Part shown: piece after piece, positions 51,201 to 64,000 of the stretch
Position numbering within the stretch: position 1 is the first letter of the stretch
How the letters are laid out: each line of letters begins with the position of its first letter
From: Monocercomonoides exilis PA203
Lineage: Eukaryota > Protista > Preaxostyla
Length of the DNA: 64,000 nt
Direction: 5' to 3'
NCBI GenBank assembly: GCA_001643675.2
Contig: LSRY02000021.1
Coordinates: 62,001-126,000 of the forward strand
The notes under the pieces: model-generated
Databases searched by the model: none
The model's input: only the letters and a program-made list of their open reading frames with translations
Told to the model about the DNA's origin: nothing
Translations under genes and position numbers: made by a program

Positions 51201-52160
51201 TCTTCCGTCTCGTTCCTCTATCAGTTATTTACCGCAATACGAGTGAATGAAACAACTGTTATTGTTTAGGCGTTAATTCATATGTCATTCCGAAATGGAA
51301 ACTGTAACACTTGCACAACGGATAGAGCTCTCTGTTCAAGCGGAACAAAGAAGGCGCAAGTGAAGTATTTGCAAGGCGGTCCTGTTTTGTCGCTGCAATC
51401 AACAAAATAACCAGTGACAAAAAGTGGGAAAGAGACAAAGTGAAAGATAAACGCTGAGAGATAAATTTTCACAGTGAGCTTTCCTTTCACTTTCTTTTTT
51501 TTGGGCTCTATTGAAGACTAAAACAATGAAGAAGGATCTTGAAATATGGAACGCAAGTGAATGGAAGGAGTTGGCTCAGTTGGGCGTTTGTGGATGTTTA
51601 GTTTTTTATAAAGAGAAAAGCAGACAAAATTGAAGAGACAGAGGAAGAAGAAGAAATTGCGAATGCGGTGGATGGATAGGGAACTGTTTGACACTGCAAC
51701 TGAAAAATTGTCAAATTGATTGAGATTGAAGACGACTGCACATATTTCTCAGATTACATTGAGATCTCTTCAATATTACGTTCTGCCTATTAATATGTTC
51801 GTTGTTGTTATTGATGAGCTGATTTCTACGTGTGCCAGCTGTGATTTAGTGCAAGTGTTTTTTTACGGACGTAATATGGAGGGTGATAAGGAATAAGCTG
51901 GAATACCATCGGAGACAATTGAAAAACATAAAGACAATCCAAATAAGTATATTTGATCCATTTATCAGAGGGAATTTTGCACGCACAATATAAGATCACA
52001 GAGGGAGCAAAAGCAGAAGAAAACTCATTTGAAGGGAAAAGAATAGACAAAGAAGACGAAAAATAAGAATGAGTTGGAAAAGATGTGTGAGAGGAAAGAG
52101 TATGAAGAGAGTGTGATTAAAAAAGACGTGAGAATGAAAATGGGAAATATTTGAAATAAA
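48280..52160. pseudogene. Mosaic of unidentified decayed coding fragments, apparently in mixed orientation
   Basis: Coding-like Glu/Lys-rich composition, an intron-like GT..AG at ~48405-48493 and short interrupted ORFs on both strands; no family recognised. Confidence 0.35.
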
Positions 52161-52453
52161 ATCAGAATTTTGTTTTGATAGCTCATGAAACTGCATTTTT
52201 TAAAAGCAATCATGATTCATCTATGTAATTTTGTCTTTATTTTTTCATATTATAATATTTCCATATCAAACCTTTTTCAATCACTCATTTTTATTGTGCA
52301 TTATTTCTTTGTATTTTGTAATTGCACAATTTTTATATGTTGTATTTTTTTCATATAAAATTTTCACAAATCTGATTAACTATTTCAAAATTGTTTATTT
52401 TCAAATAAATTGATTCGATATATTTTTGGACGAATGAATTTCTATTACGCTTT

Positions 52454-52648
52454 TTTTGTTTTGTTTTGTTTTGTTTTGTTTTGTTTTGTTTTGTTTTGTT
52501 TTGTTTTGTTTTGTTTTGTTTTGTTTTGTTTTGTTTTGTTTTGTTTTGTTTTGTTTTGTTTTGTTTTGTTTTGTTTTGTTTTGTTTTGTTTTGTTTTGTT
52601 TTGTTTTGTTTTGTTTTGTTTTGTTTTGTTTTGTTTTGTTTTGTTTTG

Positions 52649-52678
<30 letters not shown>
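52454..52678. repeat. (TTTTG)n microsatellite, ~44-45 units
   Basis: Directly visible perfect pentamer array. Confidence 0.97.
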
Positions 52679-52679
<1 letters not shown>

Positions 52680-53700
52680 GTTTGGTGTGACAAAAAAAGT
52701 GCTTGTTTGTGATTTTTCAAAATTTTGTTCTTTGTTTCCAGATATTATTGGGGATGCAAAAGATTATTTCCAAAAAAGTTGTTTTATATGTTAATTTGTT
52801 CAAAGTTTTTGCCTTCAAGTTTGCTTATAATTTCAATCTTGTTGTTATCTTCAATCAATAAAGTCTTCCAAAATTATTCAAGTTTATTATTTATTCAAAA
52901 GAAATCTTTTTTTTTTTTTGGATGTATCGCTTTTATCATAAGAAATAACTTTTTACAAATGAATATAACTATTGATATAAAAGTCAAGATTTATAAAAAA
53001 ACTTGTGCATATAAAAACGCTAAAGCGGCTCATATATATTATTATAAAATAATCATTCAAAAAATTTTATTTCTTTTTATATTTTTTTTTCTGAAATATT
53101 TCTGATCTGATTGTCCCACAATAAAAATCATTGTCCACAGTTATTGAAAGTGTCCACAATTATTAACACTGACTATATAGCAGAAATTGAGATTCAAGCT
53201 TTTCTGAAAGCCAAAAATAGTTTTCTGAGCAAGAATTTCTTTTCGTTTAGCAATTTCAAACTGAAGTTTCCATGCTTTATGAAATTGCAAAAAACCTAAA
53301 AATAGTCTTTCAAAAAAATACTTGACTTTGAATTTTTTTTTAAAAAAAATATTTATTCTGAAAAGTTATTCTTGTTTAATTTTTTCTTTGTGATAAGAAT
53401 GATGATAAAAAATATCCAATGCATTGTCTCATGGTTATACTGAATTTTCTTGACATATTCATGTTTCGTCCGTTTGCTTCAATTCGACATGAAATTTTTG
53501 GTCTTATTTTTTATAAAAAGCAACTATTTGTTTCAATTTTTTTGCTTTTAATTCATTATCAATTTTTCGTCACAATGGAAAAAAGATGGAAAAACAAAAA
53601 TAAAGAGAATAACATTTGAAAACGTTGTATGGAACATAATTCACAGAGTTGAAAAATATATTTCATTTGAAGTTGAATATCAAAAAAAAATTCTTGTTCA

Positions 53701-53701
<1 letters not shown>

Positions 53702-53738
<37 letters not shown>
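53702..53738. repeat. Poly(A) tract (~37 nt)
   Basis: Directly visible homopolymer. Confidence 0.95.
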
Positions 53739-53741
<3 letters not shown>

Positions 53742-54898
53742 CAGAAATTCGAAATACTTTTAATTCCGTGATAATGATTCTTGTTTGTTGAAGAAATTTT
53801 ATCTTTTTATGAATGTTTCAGGAAACAAAAAATTTTATACATATTTTCTAGATATTAATTATTTAAGTGCTTCTATAAGAGGAAAAGAAAAAAGATGTAT
53901 TTTATAATTCAAACATATGTTTGCTGAACAATAAAATGTCATTGATTCTTTTCATCACATTCATATTTGTTGCAATTTCAAACAACTTAAGCAATATTTA
54001 TGTTGAATTATTTTGGTCAGATCAATTTAACCTTAATCATTTTTTTCAGAATTCCAACTTTTGAAATCGGTTTGTTTTCCTTCTTTTCTTTTGAAAGCAC
54101 AAATGCTATGAAAAGTCAAGAAGATTCCTAATTCACACAAAAATAATTGAGAAAAAAAGAATAAAGTTATTCGCTTTCAATTATCATAACATAAATTGAA
54201 AGATCAAAGCTAGAGAAAGAAAAGTCCAATATTAAGAAACAGAACAGTACATTCATCGAAACATTGAAATTGATAAAATCATATTAAATATTGAAAGTGC
54301 TGAACTTAAAAAGAATAAAGTCAAAAATAGAATTGTTGACATTGTTCGCTTTTTTAGGTGTGTTCTTTAAAGAAAATAGATACATTTTATGAAAAAATCC
54401 TCATTATTGAAAATGAATGATCATTAGTGAAATACTATCCATTTTTATACAATCGCGAAACTCAATCATGAAAAACAAACTGCGCATTTAATGGTCATTG
54501 CTTTAATCACAAATATCAGTATCACATGAATAAATCAATCCAACTTAACATAGAAACTACGAAATCCATGCTCATTTGAATTATCTTTATTGTCACTTAC
54601 ATTGAACACGATTTAATTCTGCAATTGAAAACGAAAAAGCAGATAATTATATCGACAACAAAAAGAAAAGAGTCATATTGACTCCTTTTTTTATATGGTA
54701 TGTTTTAAAATTTGCTTTAATGCAAGGGAAATTAGAGATGCAAAAGAATAGGAATAAATTCTTCAGGTATTTCAGATATTAAAATTTGCATGATTATTTT
54801 ATTAAAATTTCTTCGCACATTTCCTTTTCTTCTCAACAAAAATTGACCCATTCATTGAAATAAAAAAAATAGGTGTAATGGATGAAAAATAAAAATCA

Positions 54899-57422
54899 AT
54901 GGGCTCTGTTGTAGATTTTTCTGAAGAAGATGGTACTTTGTACAAAATTTTTCAAAAAAAGAGCAAAGGAGTTTCTTCCGTTTGTTCCAGATACAGTCAA
55001 GTCTAGCTGGTCCGAAAAAGATGGAGAAGTCATCGAAGGTTTGTTGATATTTAGATATCATTCATTCATCTTTGTTTGAATTACAACATCAACAAAAGAG
55101 AAAAGCAGAGTAATCACCATTAGTACATCAAATGGCAATGTTAATGATTCTGATCGTAAATGTTTTGATGTTCCAATGATTGTTATCTTGCCTGTATTCT
55201 CTCTATTTTTTATTGCATATATCATATTTTCGGCTGTCACTGGCAACATGAGATTGAATGAATGGGATCCTCTTTCGTATGCATTTTTTATTTGAAACAT
55301 GTTATTTTCAAGATCTTTCATTCTTTGAAGGAAAAACTCTAATCAAACATTTGGATCTTTCGACTTCGATCAATTTGCACATGATATCAAAGATATATCG
55401 AATGGAAGCAACATTCAAAGTTTTCAAATACAGACAGCTTTTGTTGACATCTTTGAAACAAATTCAACCGAAGAGGTTAATAAGCGTTCTCCTTTACCAG
55501 ACATACCAACACAGAGCTCTGACTCAAGATCCAGCAATAACTTTCATGAAAAACTTGTTTCAGATTCAAGAGTCATTCAGGAAGGTGAGATAAAATTATC
55601 TGATAGTGATGTTTATGATGCAATCAAACCTGATATCAATTTTAAAGGAAAAGTTTGGATTATTCCAGTTGGATATGCAATCGCAACTGCTGTGTCATTT
55701 TTATGGATATTGTGCATGAATTGCTGCGCAAAAAATTGTGTTCGTGTGTCTTTATGGTTGGGAGCAGTTATTAATATAGTTGCTTCATTTGGTGTCTTAA
55801 TTATTGGGGGGTATTTGCATGAACAAAAAATGAATGAATCTCATGATGAAGTCTTAGAAAGCACTTTTATGCTATTTTGTGGAGTTATGTCTGTGATTGG
55901 ATCAATTGCTTTGCTTGTTATCGCAATTTTCAATTGCAAAAGCATTCAAGAAACAACAAAATTTTATCAGTATGCATCAAATATACTGAAACAAAGAAAA
56001 ACATTATTTTTTGTAATTCTTATATTTGTCTTTATTGGAGGAGTTGTTGGAAGTGTGACTTCATTCATAAATTCGATTTATTCAGAGTATACTGTTGGGC
56101 GCAAATTTCATATATCAACAGATGCAACATCCATTATTAACTTCGTTTTGCTTGTTTTTGCCATGCTATTTTTATACTGGTTCGAAAGCTTCATTTGTGA
56201 TTTGAGTAATATGATTGTGGCTTTGACAGCAGCTGATTGGTGCCTTTCAAAGAAAAACGAGGAGAATAGAGAATGGCCTGTTTGTCATGCAGTTAAATAT
56301 GCTCTAAGACACAACTTGGGTGTTGTAGCTTTCGGAAGTCTTCTGAAATGTCTTTGCGAATTATTAGAAAAACTTGCGAAATTCATTGCTTATGTGGCAT
56401 TTTTATTTTGGGCTTTTGCCTTTTTCCTTTTCGGTTGTGCCACTTGCTGCAATGATTCTGGCAAAGATTCAGATGGAAAGGAAAAGCCACAGTCATTATG
56501 CAGTTGCATTACGTCCGCGTTCTTTCAAGTGATGGCTTTAATGAGTCTTTTGATAACATTAATGTTTATGGGAATTGCTAAAGTAATTCTATTTATTTCA
56601 AAAAGAATATCTTCAATCATTGAAGCACAGTGTGACAGAATTTATGTGATGTCTTTCTTAGAAGGAAAGCCATTTGTTGAATCAGCAAAAGACACATTTG
56701 GATTGGTCATGCGCAATTTAGGAACAGTAGTGCCATTTGACATTGTAGGATCAACTGTTGAGGTCAGTATAAAATGGTCAATAACATTTTTCACTAATTT
56801 TATATGTCTGTTGATAATTAAGCCTGACTTTTTTACCAGTTCGACAACAAAAGTCACTGACGGATGGTATATTCTTTTTGGAGAAGCATTATTTCTGATT
56901 TTCATGAACGAAACAATTATCGTAAATGCATATAAGTCAATTGTGAATGCCATTCTTATTTGTCTTTTGGTTCACGAGGAAGAAAGAAAGGCAAGAAAAG
57001 GAAATAGGCAAAATCCATATCTTCAAAATACTAATGTTGGATTGAGAAGGATTTTTGATAACTGCAATCTTTGCGATGATGAAATTCGTGACAACATGGA
57101 AGAAATTACAAAATTCGGACTGAAAAAAATATGTGAAAGCGGAGATCAAGTCAGAAGATATAACGAAGATGAAAATGTTGAAACAATGGATAATTATGAC
57201 GAATTCGTGGTTTTTTATTTTGAAGCACATTTTGTTGACGAAAATAATCCCGGAGAAGAACAAGTGGTAATCGGAATACAGCAAATTGATACCAATGGAG
57301 CGCCTGTTATTGAATTACAACAAATAGGAAAAGATGGAATACCTGTAATTGAAGAAGGAGACGGACCCTCTATTGAAATTTCATTTGAAGATGAAGATTC
57401 TCCAAATGATAACAGAAAATAG
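54899..57422 (+). CDS. Choline transporter-like (CTL/SLC44 family) membrane protein; 5' exons uncertain
   Basis: N-terminal DRKCFDVP (cf. RxCTDV) before TM1, multiple TM helices, ALRHNLGVVAFGSLL (cf. RYHxGSxAFGS), GKPFVESAKDTFGLVMRN; an intron at ~55277-55312 links to the frame of ORF 55692..57422. Confidence 0.8.
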
Positions 57423-58492
57423 ACCCTTTTGTATATTTTATTGATTTCAATATCCAAGATTATCTTTCACAACGAAGTTGTGAAATATGGAAACTTGGGA
57501 TTTATTGTTTTCAGAATTGTTTCCATCAAAAAAGGAAATAATATTTTCCCCCCTCTCATTTATCATTCGAATTGGAACGTTTTATTATTTTCTTTTATTT
57601 TCTTTTCTTTTCTTTTTTTTTTTCTTTATTTTTATTTTTATTTTATTATTATTTATTAGTACTCAGATTATTGGTATTTATACAGGAAGATATTTTAAAT
57701 TACCTTTAGTCTTCTCTTTTTCCTTTTAATTTAGTTTTATGAGTACTTTTTTTTTTCTGATTGCAAGCGGATTTTTCTTAGAAAAGAATTTGCACAATCA
57801 GAAAGTGTGTATCGGGCAGTTAATGTAATTCTCCTTTTTTCTTATCTGGAAATCTATCTTGAAAAATATATCATAATATTTTCTTGGTTTTCTTGATAAA
57901 GGTTTAATTGTTTTGATAGAAAATCATATCCGAATTTTTTCAAACATTTTTATTCGAATGAATAATAATAATAATAATAATTGTTATAGCACATTTTTTC
58001 TCTGAATAACATTGATTGTGGCGATTTTTTTGCTGGTTACGCACAGTCTGTTGTTGGTTTCTCGAAAGCGCAATTATCAACCGAAAATTTTCAAATTGCA
58101 AACATTATAAAAGCTCTTTCGTTGCTTCTGTTATCGAGGCAATAATATTTCTTTATTTCTTGAACATCCAATAATATTCAATGAGAGAAATTGGATTGCT
58201 TATTTCGACTCAATAAAGGAATTTGCAAAAAACAACTGAAAAGAGGAAGATCTATGCAACTAAATATTCAATTTTTTTGAATATGTTTTCATGAGAAAAA
58301 TGGAATGATCCAATGTTTCAATTATTTGAATGTTCCCCCAAAACAATAAAATAAATCTCATTGCGCTCACATTTAGTGTGAAGCAGCTGAAAATTCTCTT
58401 TTACTTACAAAATCATTTGTGAATCCATGCATCTTCAGCACTTTCAAAAATTGCAATTCGAAGTCTTGCAAAAATTGTTAATCAACAATTTG

Positions 58493-61156
58493 TTAATCTT
58501 TTGAGTGAAATATCACAGGTTCATCTCTCCATCCGAACCCAGAGTTATTTTTGAATGTGATATTCGAAAGGACAAAGTTCAGAGGCTGCTCAACTGTCGA
58601 GGTGCATTCCAGAAACAGCCACCCGCCTCTTCCTGTGGCAGAGCAGAAGCACTCAGAAATCGTGCAAAATGAGCAGTCAAAGCTCCCTCTTTCATTCAAC
58701 ACACAAAACATTCCTCCCCCCTTTCCACATTTCAACCCTCCACACTTCTTCATCGTTGTGTTTCGAATCACCATTTTCAAAGGTTCATCAATATTCTCAT
58801 TTTTAATGATGGGAACGTCCTCTGTTGTGTTTTGTGTGACTTCTTCAAACAAACTCCACTCAACAACAATATCTTTTTCAACTTCATTTTTTTCTCTTCT
58901 TGAGCTCTTTGAAATCCTCAATCCGCTTGCTCCTTCCAGCTCAATATTCTTCATCGTTAGATTATTAACGATCAAAATCGTTGAAGACAGCACAGAAACA
59001 ACATCTTTTGAAAAGCAAAGTGATTGCAATGAAACAAATTCCAATTGAACTGTCCCTCCATCTGCTTTGATCAGTGCATAATCAGTCAATTCTTCTCTAT
59101 CATCTCCTTTTTTGGTGAATGAACAATCTTTCACTATCAAAAAACCATCGTTTGAGCCAACGAGAATGAAAAAATTGACTCTTCCTGTGAATGAAGATGG
59201 AATCACAAAGTTAATTAATTCAAATTTTGTAATTCCAGAAATCTCCATTGCTGCTTCTTCTGCTCCTTCAAGAGAAGAGAGACATTCCAAAGAACATTCT
59301 TCAGTATTATTCGATTTGATAGAAATATCATTGAGTTTAACCCTTTTCTTTAGAATCGCCTTTCCAATGATGTTTAAATTCCTTTCATTTCCCCCTGGTA
59401 GTCTTTTTAATGAATAATCAATTGATAGGCAAGGACAATCCAAAAACCCACAAGCACGCATATCTTTTCCTTTGTCCTCAATAAATACCTCTGAGCCGAG
59501 TGGAAGCCAAAAATAGACAAGTGGAATAGCATTCGTTGAATCATTTCCATCAAAGCCACTCAAGAAGTTCAATGAAATATCAGCCAAATGATCAGACACA
59601 AATGAAAGAGAAGTGTTTGTGATGCTCTGCGTCAAGTTGAATGATTCGACAAACAGGTCATTTCAGTATTTTGCAACATTTGGCTTTTCTGTATCAAAAA
59701 CAGGAGATGAGATAATAAACGGAAAATCATCATCAATCAACTTCAGTGCCATCCCTCCCCCAAACCCAATCTTCCGTTCTTCTGCTGGTGCTGTGCATCC
59801 TGTGAATGTGCATGAAATAATATCCAAATGCGTATTCCCTTTCAACTGCACATTGATAGCCCCTCCTCTGCTTCCATCACCAGCCACAGAGCATCCATCA
59901 AACACACATTCTTCAATCTTTATTTCTGTTTTTGTATTTTCATCATTGCTGTTGCCAATGCTCACACACCCTCCACTTCCAGCTGCTCTTTCGATTTTTG
60001 TGAAATTGCTGTTCGTCATGTTCAACCACAGAGTGTTCATCAACTCGGTATTTGTGCTGCTTCCACACAAAGAGATCAATGGACTTCCACTCAAAGCGGT
60101 TGATAAAGCCGAAAATGAATCAACAGCCAAGGCTCCAGACTTTACAGACAAGAACAAAAATGATAATTCAGATGAAGGCATTTGAAGAAAAAGAGAACAT
60201 TGAGACAGAGTCAACTGTGAAGAAGATGAAATGAAAATGGAGTGTAAAGAGAAAGAAGGAGGAAGAGAGAAGAAAAGTTTGGACAAAACTGTTTCGACTC
60301 CAACTGTCACCATTTCCGAGTTTAATGATGAAGTTGAATCGGAGACTGTCCAGCCACTTTCATCATCATTTCCTCTGATTTCATGCTTCTGTCCAGCAAA
60401 GGTCAATTCATCACTCATCAAAATCATTCCACTCACAGTCACTTTCTTTGGCCCTGTTTGTCTTGTGAGAGAATGCGTCATCATCAAGCAAGGGAATTGG
60501 ACTATTCCACAGTGTGAATGATTGGATGCATCAGAATTGCTCACATATATTTCTTCTGGTGTGGGAAGGAGATAGATGCACAAAGGAATGACCACACTGT
60601 TGTTTCCATTCTCATATCCTCTCACCTTTTCAAGAGAATCCAATGAACCTGTTACACACGAGATCTTTTGAGGATTGGCAATTGCTTCCAGATTGGGTGA
60701 TAAGACAAAAATGTCTTTTCCCCACTTGGCTGTGTTTGATCCAAATGAAGAGGATATCAGGAAATTTGGATTTTCATTCAATAATTGAAGGAGGATTCCT
60801 CCCCCCAAACCATATGTTGCAGAGCAATAACACTTATCAAAAGATCCGCCTTTCACTTTCACTTCATTTTCACTCCCAACACACAGCATCATCGATCCCC
60901 CATCAGTCGATGTTCTGCATCCACATCTTTCAAAAGTGCAAGAATTCAGATCAATGTTTGCCTTGTCATTCGAAAATGATAACACAGCTGCTCTGCTCGT
61001 TGTTCTCTCAATCCCACTGAAGGCACACTCAGAAAGAGTCAATAAAACTTCATTTGTTGAAGAAAGTGAAAACAATGAAGTTGTGGAGATTGTCTTTGCC
61101 CAGTTCACATGTTCCATTTGCAACACCCCATTCTGGACAATCATCAGTTCCGTCAA
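58493..61156 (-). pseudogene. Truncated fragment of the Cys/Gly-rich beta-helix-like surface-protein family with one in-frame TGA (59663-65)
   Basis: ORFs 59663..61156 and 58493..59635 are in the same frame (AKY*NDLFVES); repeated GGG/GGAI motifs and HCG..FPC / ACGFLDCPC motifs; no signal peptide or C-terminus. Confidence 0.72.
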
Positions 61157-61646
61157 AAATGTTGTTTCTGCTTTGTGTGTGCAAACGGCTCATTATATTT
61201 ACACAGTCAGTTTTCTTGAAATTTAGAAGTTCAAATAAAGAAATTTTATTGAAATTGAAAAGTGAATTTATTAAATATTAAGTGATATTTTTTAGTCCAC
61301 CTATTTTTTTTTTTTTTTTTTTGTAACTGACAATATCAAGCACATCATGAAAATGAACATTGATATGGTTTATATTTCTTTATTATAAATTTTACAAAAT
61401 TTTAAACTTTGATGAGCTGCACTTTTTCTATTTTTACAAAATATTCTGAATACTTATTCATTTTCAAATCATTGATTCAAAAATTTAACTTTCTAAATTA
61501 TTTTTGAAATAAAATAGATTTGGTTTCCTCCTCATTAGAAAACTTCATTTTTTTCGAAATATAGAAAAATTTTGTTGTGATCAGCTTTACCAATTTTTTA
61601 ACTTTAGAAACAACCGTTTTTGATATTTCAAAATTTGTCCCCACCA

Positions 61647-64000
61647 ATGAATGACATTAATTTTGACGAAAGTACTTCTTATTTGAAACAAACAAATGCG
61701 GAAGGAGGTTCAATTTTTGATCATCTTTCTGAGCTTGTTCTACAAATCGTGGAATCAAGACCAAATGACGCTTTCGAACGTTTTGAAGAGTTTTCCGAAA
61801 AGTTAAAAAATAAAAACTTGGATAATGTAACTAGTGAATATACCGAAAATGGAGAACCTGTTTGTTATTTTTAAGCTTTTTTTAAATATCATTATTTTTA
61901 CTATTTCTTTCAGATTCCTTTAAACATATTACAAAAACTTAGGACAAGCTCTCAAGAATCGTGCAAATCACTTTTTCAGGTATAGGAATTTTTTTATACA
62001 ACAAAAAATTTTTGTAGCTTCTTATTTTTCATCAAGAATGAACCACAACAAGAAGAACAACAAGAAAACGAAGTTAAGTCGCCCTCAGCTTTTGATGAAG
62101 CCTTTTACTTTGCAAAATTTGGAGTGGGCATAGGGCAAGAGGAATTAACACAAATTTTGCTCCATATGAAGCGTTTTTTTTCAAAGCTTCCTCTGAAAAC
62201 AATCAGATTATTTGGTAAATTTTATGGACTGAACAAAAACTATTACGTTGTTGAAGGTGAACTTTTATCTGAGCTGGAAGAAGAAGAAGGATCAGGAGAG
62301 GCACCAGAAGAAAACGTTGAAAATGAAGGACAAGCTATTGAAGAGGGAGGAGAACTTCAAGAAGAAGAAGGAGAAGAAGCACCAGGTGAACCAGCCAGTT
62401 TGACATCTCTCTATTTTTTTTGTTTTTTGTTTTTATTTAAATATCATTACAGTCGAGCCCGACATTGACGAACCACAAACTCCGCGCCCAATAGAAAGGA
62501 AATTACCAGAAGAAATACCGAAAGAGGAAAGAAAACCTTTGTCTCCAAACCAATTTGTTTATTGGGCTTGCAACGGACGTATGCTACAATATTTATTAAA
62601 AATTACCTTTTAAACAATTCATAATTGTTTATTACACGTTATTGAAACGCTTTTTTTTTTTTGCAAAATACTTTGTGTATAAACTTATTCATTTTCATTT
62701 ATTTATCATTTGGGGATTGTAACACAAAAGCAACTGACAATTGGAAGCGTCTTCCCGACGTCACTCCGCAGCTCATTCGGTCTTCACGCTTTGTATGCAA
62801 AATGCTGACAGGAGATTTGAATGCTAACGTCTCAACTGGCTACCCTTCATTCCCCGGCAAAGAAAAGCACTATCTCCGATGCCAAATTGCGCGTATTTCT
62901 CATTCGGCCTCTGTTGTTCCCAGGGCGTGGGCGAAGAAAGTGCTGGAATCCGCGCCATCTGCTTCGTCGTCGACGAACCCTTCAGACTTTGGAGGTGCAG
63001 GCGGAATGGGAGGAGAGGAAGCAGAAGAGGCAGAGGAAGGAGGTGAGGAAGGAGAAGAAGGCGCACCGAGAAATTACTTTGGACTCTCATTCGGCGCAAG
63101 CGAAGGGATGGGGCTGCGCAAAAAGGGAGAGATTAGTGTGGATTCTCTGAAGACCACGTCAGCCTGGTGCCATCTTCGTCCTCCGATTCTTGTGCAAGGA
63201 AGAGTGGAGAAATACCCGCCTGTGGGAGAAGGAGGCGAAGAAGGGGAAGAAGAAGAAGAAGGCGGGAACGGAGATGGCAGCGAACAAAAGAAGAAGAAGA
63301 AAGAGATGGAGGAGATTCTGCCTGATCCGTGGGAAGGAGAGCCAGACGATCCAAGAGCAGGAACAAATCTGGAGCTGAAGAGGTGCATCGACGACGACAA
63401 GGGGCTCGGGGCACAGAAGCCGGGCGAAAAGGGCTGCAACGGCAGAGTGGGCTCCTTCAAGCTGCGTGCTGATCCAGCGAGCAAAGGAGCAGCTGGCTGC
63501 GAGGCAGTCCTTTTGGAGTCGAACTACTGGCCAGGCGCATACACCTTGGCATACGGGAAGGAAAGCTGCAAAGTCTCCAGGTGTGGATGATAGTAAAAAA
63601 TTGAAAAAGGAAAAGAGAAAGAAAAAGAAAAGAAAAAGATATTTGGTCAATCAATTCATTTATAATCAATATATATTTGTGTTTTATTCTCTTTTGTTCC
63701 ATGTTCATTACATTCATTTTTTCCTCTTCGTTTTTTATAAATGCACAGTATTTATATTGGATGGGGAAAGAAGCACACGATCGATACTTACACAATGCCA
63801 CCTCCGCCAAGCATCCCAGATGAATATCCCGATGTTGAAGAAATGGTATCTTTACCTCAGTCTTTTTCTTTTTGATTCAAATTATTTGTTGTTTTGCATT
63901 CTGTTCTGATAAAATTTGTTGTGATGAAACTTACAGAACGACCCAACACCAGAAGAAGAGGCCGAAGTGGCCAAGCCAAAGGAGGAGGCAATCGGTGAAG
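61647..64000 (+). CDS. RSPH4A: Radial spoke head protein 4/6 homolog, multi-exon, 3'-truncated by the window
   Basis: SIFDHLSELVLQIVESRP, IRLFGKFYGLNKNYYVVE, WKRLPDVTPQLI..LTGDLNA..YPSFPGKEKHYLRCQIARISH, SNYWPGAY, IYIGWG. Confidence 0.9.

Larger units (their letters stand above)
43334..53175 (+). mobile_element. ~9.8 kb pogo/Fot1-like DNA transposon bounded by ~61-bp TIRs and TA, containing a nested element and extra DNA
   Basis: Left TIR TAGTTAGTGTTAATAATGGTGGACACTTTCAATAACCGTGGACAATGAATATTATTGTGGG (43334-43394); right TIR inverted at ~53115-53175 with few mismatches; TA at 43332-33 and 53176-77; transposase directly inside the left TIR. Confidence 0.78.

Noticed and set aside
48240-52693. 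TTGTCACA...TGTGACAA inverted octamer as LTR-like or TIR ends of a further nested element
   Set aside because: Only 8 bp, with no matching TSD and no direct LTR repeat.
52410-52794. ORFs encoding (FCFVL)n / (KQNKT)n
   Set aside because: These are translations of the (TTTTG)n microsatellite.
53695-53744. Poly(A) flanked by GTTCA as a retroposed insertion with TSD
   Set aside because: A 5-bp match in AT-rich DNA with no element body is not significant.
44757-59665. In-frame TGA codons in the transposase (44757) and surface-protein ORF (59663) as evidence of stop-codon reassignment or selenocysteine
   Set aside because: Intact genes in the window end in TGA (3992, 7390, 9491, 33730) as well as TAA and TAG. 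The transposase also carries a frameshift and the surface-protein ORF is truncated, so these are ordinary nonsense mutations.
34080-64000. Apparent cluster of cilia/centrosome genes (NEK1, WRAP73, RSPH4/6)
   Set aside because: Flagellar genes are common in a flagellate genome and unrelated genes intervene; there is no evidence beyond chance.
1-64000. tRNA, rRNA, CRISPR arrays, telomeric repeats
   Set aside because: None recognisable by eye; tRNAscan-SE/Infernal would be needed to exclude small ncRNAs.

Overview
Gene-dense, AT-rich, intron-containing eukaryotic (protist) DNA using the standard genetic code. Short GT-AG introns, extreme poly-Ser/poly-Glu expansions and a Cys/Gly-rich 'GGAI/GGG' beta-helix-like surface-protein family suggest an oxymonad such as Monocercomonoides; this is an inference. 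Host genes in order: metallophosphoesterase, ALG11, a cathepsin-B-like protein with its catalytic Cys replaced by Ser, LCAT-family phospholipase, TBC Rab-GAP, CCDC25, RasGEF, class I glutamine amidotransferase, ASH2L, NEK1-like kinase, WRAP73, choline-transporter-like protein and radial spoke head RSPH4/6 (runs off the window end). There are two transposon-rich islands. (i) 17.2-19.9 kb holds two MITE families and a decayed Tc1/IS630-type transposase. (ii) 43.3-53.2 kb is a ~9.8 kb pogo/Fot1-like (DD35D) element bounded by TIRs and TA. A younger 2.4 kb non-autonomous element (108-bp perfect TIRs, 8-bp TSD) has inserted into it, carrying a captured fragment of a host surface-protein gene (Pack-type element). 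This nested gene-capturing transposon arrangement is the most notable observation.
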